A stretch of 64,000 bases of DNA from Octopus bimaculoides. Its lineage: Eukaryota. The DNA lies in assembly GCF_001194135.2 (NCBI RefSeq), contig NC_068989.1, positions 73,320,598-73,384,597 of the forward strand. Reading direction: 5' to 3'. The notes below the pieces were generated by a model that made no database searches, had not been told where the DNA came from, and was given only the letters and a program-made list of their open reading frames with translations. Within the stretch, counting starts at the first letter, position 1; each line of letters starts with the position of its first letter. Positions 1 through 12,219 of the stretch are shown in pieces. The translations under genes and the position numbers were made by a program.

Positions 1-258
1 ATATCGTGCCACACGGGAGGCGAGGCAACAGACGTTTGCGGTGAGACGTTACGTGTGTGGAGACAGTCGACCAAGGCAGCGACGATCGTCGACTTGAAGT
101 CGGCATATTTGCAGCTCCGTGTGAGTGACAAGCTGTGGCGATACCAGCTGGTGCGGTACAAGGGCCGGACGTACTGTTTAACCAGGCTGGGTTTCGGGCT
201 GAATTCCGCTCCGAAAATTATGGCGATGGTGCTCAAGTCCGTCCTAGGGAAAGAGGAG
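1..258 (+). mobile_element. Ty3/gypsy-like LTR retrotransposon reverse transcriptase fragment, truncated before YxDD; runs off the window start
   Basis: Frame 1 is open from base 1: ISCHTGGEATDVCGETLRVWRQSTKAATIVDLKSAYLQLRVSDKLWRYQLVRYKGRTYCLTRLGFGLNSAPKIM. It contains the RT motifs DLKSAYxQ and GFGLNSAP. Confidence 0.85.
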
Positions 259-259
259 A

Positions 260-1580
260 GACCACAGCAAGATTCCAATGAAGAGTGAAATAGTGGGTTG
301 ACTAAAAAGTCCGCTCGAATTTTGCCTATATTAAACTTCAACACTGATAAGTAGCTAACTTCACTCTTTCCCTTGAAGTGTCAAGTATCTAACACTCGTT
401 AGATATTTAATACTTCAACGCAGTTCAACGTGAATTTGTGACAAGACTGGTTGTATTCTACGTGCTTGGAATCACTCTGAAAATGGAGAACCAAAGCGAA
501 TATTATCGACACCTCATACTCTTTTTAAACGGTAAATCACTTCGTGTTTGAAAGTCGTATCTTAATTTCTTCGTGATCATAATTTGAACTCCTTCCAGTG
601 AATTTTTACTTCCCGATTTTCCGATTAAATTAATTAAAATCAGCTGATACGTTACTTTCAGTAGCTGACGCGTCTTTTCAGCAGCAACCACACAAAAGTT
701 AAATCTTGTGAACGCAAGTTCAAAGAACTATCACGAAGAAATGTTTTCCTTTTAGGAGAGAATCGCTACTAAATTTCCATAAATAATTTCACGGTTACTT
801 TGGATAATTCATATCGAGCGGCAACATCATTAACTAACACACAAGTGACTATGTGAAAGAGTATTACTCTTGCATTAAAAACTATTGTAATCAACGTCAA
901 TGGTAGCCGAGTCATACCCACAGACACTGGTGTGGATTAGGAAATTGTAATTTACCGTATTTTAACGTGTATAAGGAATCCTTTTTTGTCAAAAATTAGG
1001 TCAAAAAATATGAGAGTTTTTATAATACATGGATAATATTATAATCCCTTACAAAACCCTTTTTATTTTTTTTCTAAATTTTAAGCCTCACTCAAATTAG
1101 GGGGTTCCTTATACATGTTAAAATACGGTACTTGCCTGCAGAATTTTTAAGTTTCTTAAAGCCTCCAGACAACAACCACTCAGACCTCAGTCAAAGAAAA
1201 TTATCCCTAATAAGACTGTTGCATAATTTAGACCTACTGCAGTCATGCAATGACACAAGACTAATGGCTAAGAAGCTTATGCTACATGTCATAGTGACTA
1301 ACATTTTCAGTTGGTGGGTTGAAGAAAAGGATGCAATTAATACAAGAATTCCATTCAGAATTCCAGCAGATATGCTCTTTTGAATTAGAAGACTTCAATT
1401 TTCAGTATGCCGAAACGCTGCTGTGTCAATCAATTAATCCTAAAGATAAATATTGATAGTTATTGGACTGCATCTTGAAGAATGCTGCGTTGTTCATGGC
1501 TAATTTCATGTCAGGTTCTCAAGAACTGGCAACCTCCATAATTTCTTTATCTATGAACCTCATGGTAAAAACTAAAAACA
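260..1580 (+). mobile_element. Decayed Helitron PIF1-type helicase, C-terminal part
   Basis: ORF 1132-1383 (PAEFLSFLKPP..LLHNLD..CNDTRLMAKKLMLHVI..TRIPFRIPADMLF) resembles the Helitron helicase pattern PTEFLNSLEPP..LLRNLD..CNGTRL..PRIPLIP.D.PF. It continues as RRLQFSV..SIN..IGLHLEEC..HG..SRTG..KTKN. A WLCER-like stretch lies near 845-870. Stops and frameshifts are present, and the 5' boundary is approximate. Confidence 0.85.
955..1128. mobile_element. pogo/Tigger-type (Tc1/mariner superfamily) MITE inserted in the Helitron helicase
   Basis: Left TIR CCGTATTTTAACGTGTATAAGGAA; right TIR reverse complement CCGTATTTTAACATGTATAAGGAA. TA duplication at 953-954 and 1129-1130. Removing the element rejoins EIVIY-LPAEFL. 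Confidence 0.92.
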
Positions 1581-1599
1581 AGTAACGTTATAATTCTTG

Positions 1600-2320
1600 A
1601 GTTTATATGATATTAGATCTGTACCCTATCATAGCAATTGAGCTATTTTCCAGAGACATGTCTACCAAGATGTAATCTTTTGCTACACTGGAACTGATAA
1701 ATAAGACTGAGGTTACTCTTTTATATGCATTTACGGGATGTAACCGATAATGATATAACTGGGTGAAGTTTGGCCAGTTTTGCATTTTCCCTTCAATTTT
1801 TGCTGGTAGTCCTCGATACACGCATGAACGAACAGTTCATCGTTTCGGCAACTCAAAGCTTTTCATTACTTTCGCAAAGAATGAAAAGAAATTCATGAAA
1901 TGATCTTTCCAAATCAAACATACATTCACAGCTATGCACTCACAATCAATGTTTTCCATTTAAAACCGGACAAAATGGCGGATTTGATTATTTATTTATT
2001 GCCCTATGCTTGAACCGGTCTTGTGTCATGTGTATACCATAGAAAGGCAAAAATGAACTTTCAATATATTGATTTGGTTAACAAATAAGATTCACTCCAA
2101 TCTAATTGATTCTATCGTATCAGTAAAACATTCAGACTTTGACGGGAAGAAAGAGCGCTTCAATATTGTTAAGACTCAGTTCAGGGTCTAATGGAAGACA
2201 ACAAATGCTCCTAACGGCCTCCAGTGCCATTTATCGTAACCTTCCAGAATGTTCAAGAAATCCCAAAGGCTGTGATAGGGTACATCTCTAATATCATGTA
2301 AACAGGGAGCTCATGGCAAG
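1600..2320 (+). mobile_element. Decayed Helitron Rep (HUH) domain fragment
   Basis: YMHLRDV..FGQFCIFPSIFAGSPRYTHERT..FGNSKLFITF at about 1720-1875 matches the pattern LPS.F.GSPRYMHE..PDLFITF. CHVYTIERQK near 2025-2056 matches Rep motif 2 (YTxEWQKRG). ILIWLTNKI..IDSIVS follows. Confidence 0.85.
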
Positions 2321-2645
2321 TCTTCATATAATTCCTTTATCGCTGCATATATTGCTCCTGGTCAGTTCCGATATTTAGATGCTTGGGTTATAGAAAGTGT
2401 CTCTGGTCCTCTCATGTTATTAATTAAAAAAAGACTTTATTATCTGCACTCTAGTTTCTTATTTATCAGATAATTTTAACAATTAAATCTTTCGAAAATA
2501 AAGATAAAATATCATGTTCAACAATAGTTTCAAGTGAAATACATACAACTGTTTTCGCTTTCAATTAATCTTATATTCTTATTTAATATCCTTCTATTAG
2601 ATAAATATAATTTACACAATAAAATTACGAAATATACTATTAATA

Positions 2646-3208
2646 TTAGTTTCAAATTTTGACACAAGGCCAGCAATTTTAAATTACGGGTTTAGTACAG
2701 AGTTTCTCAATCATTATTTATCGATGGATCCCTTTGATTACTGTTTTATTCTTGTGGAACCCCATTGCCATAGCAACTAATTTTATTGAAATTTCTTTCA
2801 AAATCCCTATTTTGTTTTCCACACATTAACTTGTGTAGGTTGAACAATGTAAAATGTTAGAGAAAGAATCCTAGTTATTTCTTGCAATATATACCAATAC
2901 ATACATCTAAAGCAGATTTTTTTTCAGGGGCTCTTAAAATACTATTGTAGACCCTCAAATTACTATTTTGTTACATGGACCACATAAAACCTTATATGGA
3001 CTCTCAGGGGCCATATAGACCCCGGTTAAGAACCACTGGGTTAGTCGATTACATTGACCCCAGTGTTTGACTGGTACTTACTTGACCGACTCGAAAAGAT
3101 AAAAGGCAAAGTTGATCCCAGCGGCATTTGAACTCAGAACGTAAAGATGGACGAAATGCTGCTAAGCAGTTTGCTCGTGTGCTAACGATTCTGCCCGCTC
3201 GCTGCTTT
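2646..3208 (-). mobile_element. tRNA-derived SINE family A, split by a hAT-type MITE
   Basis: Tail GTTTCAAATTTTGACACAAGGCCAGC at left. Body and head at 3039-3208 carry the B-box reverse complement (TTTGAACTCAGAACGT) and the A-box region (GCTAACGATTCTGCC). Confidence 0.85.
2698..3038. mobile_element. hAT (Charlie-like) MITE
   Basis: Ends CAGAGTTTCTCAA..TTAAGAACCACTG. 8-bp flanks GTTTAGTA / GGTTAGTC match 6 of 8. A sister copy is at 49016-49272. Confidence 0.8.
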
Positions 3209-3217
3209 AAATTAACA

Positions 3218-3420
3218 CTGGTTTCAAATGTTGGCACAAGGCCAGTATTTTCGGAGAAGTGGGTAAGCACACAACTAGTACATATTTCATTTTCATCGAC
3301 CTCGAAAGGACAAAAGGTGAAGCCGGCCTCAACTGAATTTGAACTCAGAACGTAAAAACGGATGAAATGCTGCTAAGCATTTTTCCTGGCGTATTAACGA
3401 TTCTGTTGTCTCGTCACCTT
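3218..3420 (-). mobile_element. SINE family A copy, tandem with the previous copy
   Basis: GTTTCAAATGTTGGCACAAGGCCAG..GAATTTGAACTCAGAACGTAAAAACGG..AACGATTCTG. Confidence 0.85.
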
Positions 3421-3929
3421 AAATACTATTAGCATTGAATGTGTGTGTATATAAGGTGGCTGGCGCAATATTTACCAGGGTACCCGATTATTATTTAAGC
3501 AAACAATGCAACCAAATGACAGAAGACATAATTCTCTATATCAAGTAACCAGTAACAGTCGTGTGTGTGTGCATGGTGCAACAGGAAGTTGTCTAACAAA
3601 CATATCAGCTAAATCAGCTGCCCGCATCTGGCTATTTTTGTGAGATTAATGGCAACACGGCTATTCGCCCTAAGTATTCGTGTCTGTTCAGTATCGACAT
3701 AGGACTTACTTGCCAAGTGACTTGAATTAGGTTTGTGTGTCGAAAGTGAAATAATGATCTCAAGGAAGTGTTATGATGTCAAATCAAAGCACACGAATAC
3801 ACGCGCACACACACACACACACATCGTTACATTCACTTCTGCTTAATTTCTTGATAATGTTGTAATACTATATAGCTTGAAAAGTATTAGCATCGTGGCA
3901 AGTTGGAAGTATCGTAATGCAATACATTG

Positions 3930-4235
3930 CAATATTTCTTTTAGCTTTTAACGTTCTGAGTTCAAACTCCGTCGAGACCAATTTTGCCGTTTATCCTTTT
4001 GCGTAATGCCATTTTAAGTCATTGGTACGCTGGGCAGTTACTCGGAGGCCTCACAGGTCTAGAGGCCCAATTCGGATCTACCAATTCTGCGACCTGCTGA
4101 CACTAGATAAGTACAGCAGGGCCTTGTGCAATGATTTGCCCAGAGGCCTATAATACTGCTAAGATGGCCCTACCTTTTGAGGTCGATAAAATAAAGATCC
4201 AGTCAAGTACAAATGTCGATTGTTTTACTCCATTC
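3930..4235 (+). mobile_element. SINE family A copy interrupted by a 169-bp TIR element
   Basis: ACGTTCTGAGTTCAAACTCC..TATCCTTTTG, then the insert, then CCTTTTGAGGTCGATAAAAT. Confidence 0.75.
4004..4172. mobile_element. Small hAT-like MITE
   Basis: Degenerate TIRs TAATGCCATTTTAAG / reverse complement TAGGGCCATCTTAGC. Flanking duplication CCTTTTGCG (3995-4003) / CCTTTTGAG (4173-4181). Confidence 0.7.
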
Positions 4236-4367
4236 AAATACAAGGGTCGATTGCCTTGACTTTGTTTTTTGTTGTTTCGAGTGTACCAATAAAATCTAAG
4301 GTAGCGTCTAATCCCTTCCACTCAAAACTGCTAGCTTTGAGTCTAAATGAGAAACAACTATTGAAGA

Positions 4368-4580
4368 TGGTGAGTTGGCAGAATCGTTAGTGCGTTGGAC
4401 AAAATGCTTTGGAAAATTTATTCCGACACTTTACATTTTTGAGTTCAGATTCCGCCGAGACCAAGTGTACCTTTCATCACTCTGGGGTCGATAAAATAGA
4501 GTGCTAGCCAAATACTGAGGTTGATGACACAACCTTTCTCATTCTCCTCTAAATTGCTGACCTTGTGACAAAATTTCAAA
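4368..4580 (+). mobile_element. SINE family A copy
   Basis: GTGAGTTGGCAGAATCGTTAG..GAGTTCAGATTCCGCCGAG..GGGGTCGATAAAATAG. Confidence 0.85.
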
Positions 4581-6344
4581 GAATTATTTTTGTTATTTTA
4601 AAAAGGGGTAAGTAGATTGACATAATGGTCAGAAGATTGGGGAAAATGCCTTGTGGTATTTCTTCTGATTCTTTATGTTCTGTGTTCAAACCATGCTGCG
4701 GTCAACTTTACCTTTCCTCTGTAGGCAATGCTAATTGAAACAGATTCGCAAGCCCACAAAATATTGGTTGGGAATCAACGACAGTTATCTCACCTGATCG
4801 AACGTGCTAGAACATGATTAACTCTCCCTTTGCTAATGTACTACGCATAACTTCAAAACCACATGCAGAAGTCGCTAGTAGTACATCTCCTATTTAAGCG
4901 GCATTCCCGCTGGCTTCAGTCAGCTCTCTTCTCTACTGCTTCTTCGAGAAACGACAAAGGTCCACCACAACCTAGAGAGAGCCAGGCACATGAATTCGAT
5001 ATCTGATTTCCTACCAATAGTTCATCATGGTATTCTACGTCTAGTGCATGTGGAAAGTAAATCTCGTTATTTGATTTATTTCTATTTACCCAAAGTCATC
5101 ATGGAACATGGCAAGTTGTTCAAAAACCTTTCTGCTTCACAGAAATCTTTATTGAACATCGTATACTCACTGTACGCGTCCATTTATCACGTGTCGGAAT
5201 GAAACTTTGGACATGAAGCTATTTGCACAGGATGAGTGTTATTGTCTTTTACTGCACTGAGGTATTTCATGGTTATTGGATTAATGATTCAGTCTAATTA
5301 TTAAAGTGTTGACGTTTTTATTAGCGACTTCCCACGCTAAACACCCCTATTCTATCCAGTCTGGGCCGCAGCAACAAGGTCCACCCGCCACACTTCTCGG
5401 TCCAATATCACCGCCTCGAGGTCCCAAATACATTCTAGGCCAATGACTGCGATCGGCGTTACTACAGACGTTTTCCTCTTCTCACATCACCATGAAGTGG
5501 GTTCCACGAGACTAATTAGTCTTTCATCCCTCCAGGGTCGATAGCATAAAGTACCAATCAAGTACTGAAACCGATGGTATCATCTATCCCTCTTGCTCAC
5601 AAAATTGAAACAATTATTTTCTTTTTCAAAACCACCATAAATGCTAACTCACTTTAAAAGTTCTGCTAGTATATACAATAAGGAAAACAACTTATCTAAC
5701 TAACCGCACTTGTCGCGTTTTATTCTATTTATTTTTTAATACATTCTACTGTTTTAACTCTTGCCAAGGCAAACTTCTCTCACCAGCAGTCGTCTCATAT
5801 TCTAGTCGTTATATTTAAATGCTACTAGTCAGTCTGCCACTTAAATTAGTGATTTTTTTTTTCCTTCTTTCCAGCCATTTTTGTTGTTGAGTGCATTAAC
5901 TGCGTCCTACTTTGTTATTAAATACTGTTTTTATGCCTTTATGTTTGTTTCCTTCTATTTTTTCGCTGAGAGTGTAACGATGGTCTTGAACAATATTACC
6001 CTTCTCTTCCTCAGACTTCTGCTAATAAACTGGAATAAGCTGGGAGATAGTTTCTTTTGGAACTCCCATGCTACCAATGTTTTCTTTCTTCTGCTATGCA
6101 CACCGAACATTAACCTGCATTCATATCACCCAGTTCTTCCTTCCATGCCGCTCCAGTTGAGGAAACCTCATCATCTGAAGTACAAACCAAAAATGTATCA
6201 ACGAGGGCATCCCAGTCTATGCGGTCGTTCGTAGGTATCAAGGGATTCTCCTATAATCAGTGATTTCGCCCTCTCCCAAATAGGGCTCTGCAAGGTAGCA
6301 GCGCATGTATGTTTTAAGATGTGGTTAGGTGAACTGCAAAAATA

Positions 6345-6526
6345 ATCGTTTTAAATTTTGAGGGGAGAAGGTTAGTCGATTATATCGACTTCAGTACTTG
6401 ATTGGTACTTTATTTTATCGACCCGAAAGGATGAAAGGAATAGTTGATCGCGGTGGGATTTGAACTCAAAATGTAAATAATCGAAAGAAATTCCGCTAAG
6501 CATTTTGCCCAGCTCGCGAACGTTTC
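6345..6526 (-). mobile_element. SINE family A copy abutting a gap
   Basis: GGTTAGTCGATTATATCGAC..TTTTATCGACCCGAAAGGATGAAAGG..TTTGAACTC..GCTAAGCATTTTGCCC. Confidence 0.85.
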
Positions 6527-8003
6527 NNNNNNNNNNNNNNNNNNNNNNNNNNNNNNNNNNNNNNNNNNNNNNNNNNNNNNNNNNNNNNNNNNNNNNNNNN
6601 NNNNNNNNNNNNNNNNNNNNNNNNNNNNNNNNNNNNNNNNNNNNNNNNNNNNNNNNNNNNNNNNNNNNNNNNNNNNNNNNNNNNNNNNNNNNNNNNNNNN
6701 NNNNNNNNNNNNNNNNNNNNNNNNNNNNNNNNNNNNNNNNNNNNNNNNNNNNNNNNNNNNNNNNNNNNNNNNNNNNNNNNNNNNNNNNNNNNNNNNNNNN
6801 NNNNNNNNNNNNNNNNNNNNNNNNNNNNNNNNNNNNNNNNNNNNNNNNNNNNNNNNNNNNNNNNNNNNNNNNNNNNNNNNNNNNNNNNNNNNNNNNNNNN
6901 NNNNNNNNNNNNNNNNNNNNNNNNNNNNNNNNNNNNNNNNNNNNNNNNNNNNNNNNNNNNNNNNNNNNNNNNNNNNNNNNNNNNNNNNNNNNNNNNNNNN
7001 NNNNNNNNNNNNNNNNNNNNNNNNNNNNNNNNNNNNNNNNNNNNNNNNNNNNNNNNNNNNNNNNNNNNNNNNNNNNNNNNNNNNNNNNNNNNNNNNNNNN
7101 NNNNNNNNNNNNNNNNNNNNNNNNNNNNNNNNNNNNNNNNNNNNNNNNNNNNNNNNNNNNNNNNNNNNNNNNNNNNNNNNNNNNNNNNNNNNNNNNNNNN
7201 NNNNNNNNNNNNNNNNNNNNNNNNNNNNNNNNNNNTATTAGCAGTCCACCCGCATGTGGTTGTCTTCACGAGTCTGCCCAAGTGTCCAGTTCGATATCCA
7301 GCAGTGCTTTTTCTAACGGCAGCAATCCATGAGTCATGGTTTCTTCCCCTCTTCCATCCAACGGTTTGTCTTTCAGTCTACGTGTCTTTAAAGACACTGC
7401 CGTTTGTCGCCTTCAACCCATTAAATGCATTAAGTTTAATTTTCATCCTTCTATTTGAGGGTGACTTGGATGCTTTTTCTAGAAGATCGATTAAATAGAA
7501 TCTCCCTTCATTAGTTCTATAATTGATTACAGGGTCTTACTTTGGTCAAAAGATTTACTGGTGTAATACACTGGGAGAGTCGATTGAAGTATGTACGCCA
7601 GTGCTTTTATTATATTCATTATATACATTGTTTCAGGTATAGATTAATATTACTAAGAAATATTACCGGTCTCTGGCACATTGGAAAAAAAAAAAAAACT
7701 GCCGGTACTCCACATCAGATTGATCTACGCAATATCTGAAATGAGAGTGTTCCTAGCAGCGATGAAAGACGGAGCGATCTAGAAAGTATCTGAGCTCCGA
7801 AATATTGTAATAAAAAGGGCTAAGAACATTGTCTTCACCTTTAGGAAAGTCTTTTTATGTTATGTATTCAAATCTCGTCAGTGTCAAAGATGAGAATTAA
7901 GTACATAACATAAAGAGACAGTTCGGTGCACTAGTGCTTCAGTCATCTCCATTGCTCTACAAATCAACATTATTATTATTATCGTTGTTAGGCTGTGGCT
8001 GAT

Positions 8004-8210
8004 AAGGCGGTGAGCTGGCAGAATCGTTAGCACATCGAGCAAAATGCTTAGCGGTATTTCTCCCGTCTTTACGTTCTGAGTTCAAATTCCATCGAGGTCG
8101 ACTTTGCCTTCTATCCTTTAGGAGTCGATAAATGAAGTACCAGTTGAGTACTGGGGTCGATGAAATCGACTGTCTTCCTCCCCACGAAATCCAGGCCTTG
8201 TGCCTATAGT
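8004..8210 (+). mobile_element. SINE family A copy, full length, CpGs retained
   Basis: AAGGCGGTGAGCTGGCAGAATCGTTAGC (A-box region)..GAGTTCAAATTCC (B-box)..GTCGATAAATGAAGTACC..GGCCTTGTGCC. Confidence 0.9.
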
Positions 8211-8689
8211 AGAAAAGACTATTATGCTGCGGTTTATGATGCTCAGTATGCACCGAATCTACAAAATCTGCAGGTAAGAAATGATATTACCCTTTGTCAG
8301 ACACGTTTTTTCACTGCTCTTCTTTTTAGCAGAGCTACAATCCAGAGTCGAGCGTAGATCAAAATTAGGCACTTAACATTCAGAATGTTGCTTTGCACTG
8401 ACAGTCATTTATATGGATAGTGAAACATCAACCTTTGTATACTGTATAACATTCTATAAAAGCTTTGTGACCAGCATGAGCAATTACAGTATCAAGAGAC
8501 GTCAATGCAGATAATTAGGCAGTCATCCCAAGGTTTATGGATAGCTTCCATAAATCACTAGCCTGGTAGCACAACTGGGAAGGCACCTTTCGGGCATCCT
8601 GATAAATGATTATCTCTAAGTCAAGGGTGATACCCTCCTAGTTTTTTTTTTTTTTTTTTTTTTTTTTCTTGTTTCTCATCTTCCTTATA

Positions 8690-11600
8690 AGAACTGGCAA
8701 TATAAATGCACGTAGTTAGGGAAGCAGGAATTCTTATTTAACAACCACAGCTCACTGTATCGAGATGTGGTAGAGACCTAGGTTTCTGAGATGCACTCGC
8801 TCCTCATCATTCAAATTCATTAAGAAATTTATGCCTTATTCAGCTGGTTTAGATCGAATAGCATAACAGTGCTGTTTTGGAAAGGTCTGGATCTATAGTT
8901 AAATACAAACTCCCTAAACTCGAATTGATAAACTGGTGGTACTGAATGCGAACAGTAGGGCGGGTGGTGCCTTCAAATTAGTGGCAGTGTACAGTCCTGT
9001 AGGAGCTGGGAAATCGGATTTCTTTAGATCTAGACATGTTCATAGAGACATCTCGCCCATTAGGTAGGGATGGTGGGCAATTGGAATAGCATCATAAACG
9101 CACACAGGGAATGTGTAGAAGTAGCTGATAGGAAAAGCAAGTGTAAAATCCTTGCACGCTGCTCAGGCGTTTCCAGTTATTTGACATGTATAATCTGGAG
9201 TTCTGTAATGCACCAATATGAATTTAGACAAATCGTAGCGGCTCATCTCAGTTGGAATTTTGTCAAGTTACCGATAGTTTCTCTCATTGTTGGCTGATAA
9301 GTGTAGCGTAAGCAGTTCGGAGATTCGGGCAGTTGGCTACACGGACCATAAACTCGTGATCTGAACTGATAATTTAACAGATATGGGTCCGGTTACTGGG
9401 AGATGAAAGCATCATTTCCAGCTCGAAAATTTTGGGGAATCGCGTTAACATACTAATTAAACAGGAATTAATAGATGTCATCAACAACAGACTGTATGTT
9501 TCGCTAAATAAGCATATGTTAGTTTTAGCAAAGAAGTAGCGATATAGAAAGATAGAGTAGAGGAAGAGCTAGCAAATAGATTAGGGGAGGTGTGCAGAAA
9601 AGTACCGTGAGCAAGATACAGGCGAGAATGTCTCTTGACAATATTTCTTTGAAGCTAAACGTAAATTCTTCCTTGTTGGTTCTAGGGATGGTGTGCTGAA
9701 ACACAAGAGTACAGAAGCCGTTCGATGGACTTGGTTATGGAGGCGCAGCGTGACAACAGAAGCACATTTCGATGTCTGATAGACTACACGGATGCGTACT
9801 GTCTAATTCTAAGCGCATGTCAATGGTTTCCCAGTAGCACTTTGCTGAGCTTATCGCGAGGAGTGACAAATTTGAGCCGGCAATCAACAATGATATCCGT
9901 TTCGACTGTCTGCCACAAATCAGAAACACAGAATACCGCAAGATAATTTCAGCCGTCGCAGTGGCGGACCTATTCAACCGCTGTGCAAGAGACAAATTGC
10001 CAAAACTTGGTGGTCTACTCTACAACCGATATTATCACATGCCAGATTTAGTCGCTTGTTCTGGCAGCTATAAACCGGTGATGTTACTTAGAAATGATCC
10101 GATTAAGGGGCTTGTAATTAACAACGTCAGCCCCTTAACATTGTTAAACGCAAACTTGGCAAAGGTGCTCGCCAAGATGTTGGTACTAGTCGTCAGATGC
10201 AGATGGACATGCACAAATTTGTGCTAACCGCAGCAAGTCTCATCATCTTAACCTTCATGCGATGCTTAGTAGAAGAAATTGGGAATAGAACTGGTGAGGC
10301 TCAGATCAATTTGAATCAATCAAAAGTTTACAACCATCGGAACTTGTCGACTGTCCTTAGAACAGTCAGTTTTAGTCCCATCTTCCGAGACTAGATCGTT
10401 GTAAAGTTTAGTGGAATTTGTTAGGGCAGCCGTTTTTGCATCACGCACTTAGTCCATTAAAGATGCCCCACCTCCCTTTTCCTGTAAATTTTGATACTGG
10501 TGCCATTATAGCAAAGGTTTACATCTCATTTGAAATGCACTGTCTACACACGCAGATGTCAGGCACTTTAGAATTTAGAGTATCAGTGGATTATGTGGGC
10601 GCACATTATCCGGAGCAAGTTGGTAGGTTTGAATTTGGCACCTAGAGAGGCAAATCTATACCGACTAAGAGTCCTTTCTATCTCTAAGTTCGGTTAATGT
10701 GCTGCTTCCAGATGGAACTGCAGATGGCAAAAAAAAAACTGGGAACAGGTGGTGAGCAGAGTGGCCAGTCTCACACAGAAATGGCCGGAGATGATGTTAT
10801 TATTGAAAGGTCGAGCAGAAGCGGACAACGCCCACATCACCTCGGCAGAGAGCAACAGTCTGACTGTTGTGTCTTACTCCAGGAAACAGCTGACCAGATT
10901 GGAAAACTTGCTTTCTCTCTTTTTTTCTCTTTTTATCTGAAAGGACAGATTCCATTAGTCAACGGATCCAACTATTTCCTGTATTTACTTTACTGGAGTC
11001 TCGAAATATTTTTGTTGATGAGGTGTATACACACGCCGAGACCTGACGCACCTGCAAAGATTTTTGGACCACTGTGACTACAACTATGACGGTGATCATG
11101 TGTGAACGACTTTCGAGTGACATGTTTTTTCTCATCTCGTCTTCTTGGCCAAGAGTCAGTCTTGAATCAAATGGAGAGTAAGGTTGATAGTTTGACGCCT
11201 GGAGTGCTACCAGGCGTTCACCGCACTCAACCACCTCTAGACAATGCGATCAGTCTCCACTGAAAGAAAATCATCCTTCACAATCTATAAAATACTTGTG
11301 GAGAGTATGAACAATGATGGCCGAGTAACGGTTCTGAACGTAGATGGAAACAGTAGGAACAATCTTTCCCGAAAAACTTTCATGTTGGAGATTATGAATG
11401 ATTTCTAAAAGCACTTTGTTTGGCATTAATACAGGGAGCGGAGAATGCCGGTACAAGCTCTATATGTGCGGGCTCACTAATATTCAGTCCTGTCGAATAT
11501 ACGTGTAAAGAGATGAAACTTCTGCACAGCACTGGTTTAGAGTCCGAGCAAGACTAGTTTAGGTTTTGTGCCGAACAACTGATATCACGTGTAAGACGGA

Positions 11601-12150
11601 ATTGGCTTTCGCCTGAATCTTCATGATTAACCCGCTGTCTTCTCTGTCTAGAGAAGGGAAATCAGTTTTCCTCTGCTGGTGGCAATGGTGAAAGAATTCG
11701 TTTTGGGTACGTTTAAAAGAGTTGAGGACATGGGTTTTCCTTTCTGGCTAAATTCTCACCAACTTCTTCATATAATATTTAAATAGAAAGTTGAGAGCAG
11801 AATAGGAGGTGCTGCTTTCCAGTACGTTTTACAAACAGTGGGTCAGATGTGAGTGGTAAGACTGACGAAACCAAATGAGCCTACTCTGGTTATGTGACCG
11901 TAAATTGGAGGCGAAGTAAACAAGGAGAGGTCACTTTTGAAGGCTCTCAGATGCAGTAGGGTAACATAAAACTTTATCCGGAGATATTTCCTTTGAATTA
12001 TTCTAGCTGGTTTTTGCCCCTTGCTTGAAGATTTTGTTACCTATTATTTTTGTTGATTTAGCCTTCTTTTTACTCGAATGTAAACTTTACTGTGTTATTT
12101 TTTGTCCTTGTTATTGTCTCTATATTCTTAGGACTAATAACAATTGTTAT
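8690..12150 (+). mobile_element. Decayed L1/Tx1-clade LINE ORF2 (APE endonuclease, RT, C-terminal region) plus 3' UTR
   Basis: Motifs occur in the expected order: TGNINARS (about 8695); LVVLNANSRAGGAFKLVAVY (about 8930-8990); VGNWNSI (GDxN motif, 9073); DKLPKLGGL (KxPGxDG, about 9992); INLNQSKVY (DQSKAFD, about 10305); RCPTSP (GCPLSP, about 10441); RKLRAE..LSSTFYKQW (about 11785-11840). Many stops. Confidence 0.85.
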
Positions 12151-12219
12151 TATTGTTAATTGACTGCAGGCTGGCAGAATCGTTAGCGCACCGAGTAAAA
12201 TGCTTAGCTGTATTTTGTC

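Noticed and set aside
4720-4990. Possible solo LTR (TG start, TATTTAAG box, TCAGTC)
   Set aside because: No matching second LTR, no TSD and no clear CA end.
7236-7500. GC-richer, ORF-like stretch next to the first gap (minus frame ..KDKPLDGRGEETMTHGLLPLEKALLDIELDTWADS*)
   Set aside because: No recognisable homology, no convincing splice sites, and stops in the alternative frames. A BLASTx would settle it.
8220-8280. Strong donor-like CTGCAG|GTAAGA at 8274
   Set aside because: The preceding sequence is a SINE tail with no acceptor or recognisable coding content.
8642-8668. T27 run as the poly(A) tail of a processed pseudogene
   Set aside because: The adjacent body is the plus-strand L1/Tx1 ORF2, not an antisense mRNA copy, and there is no TSD.
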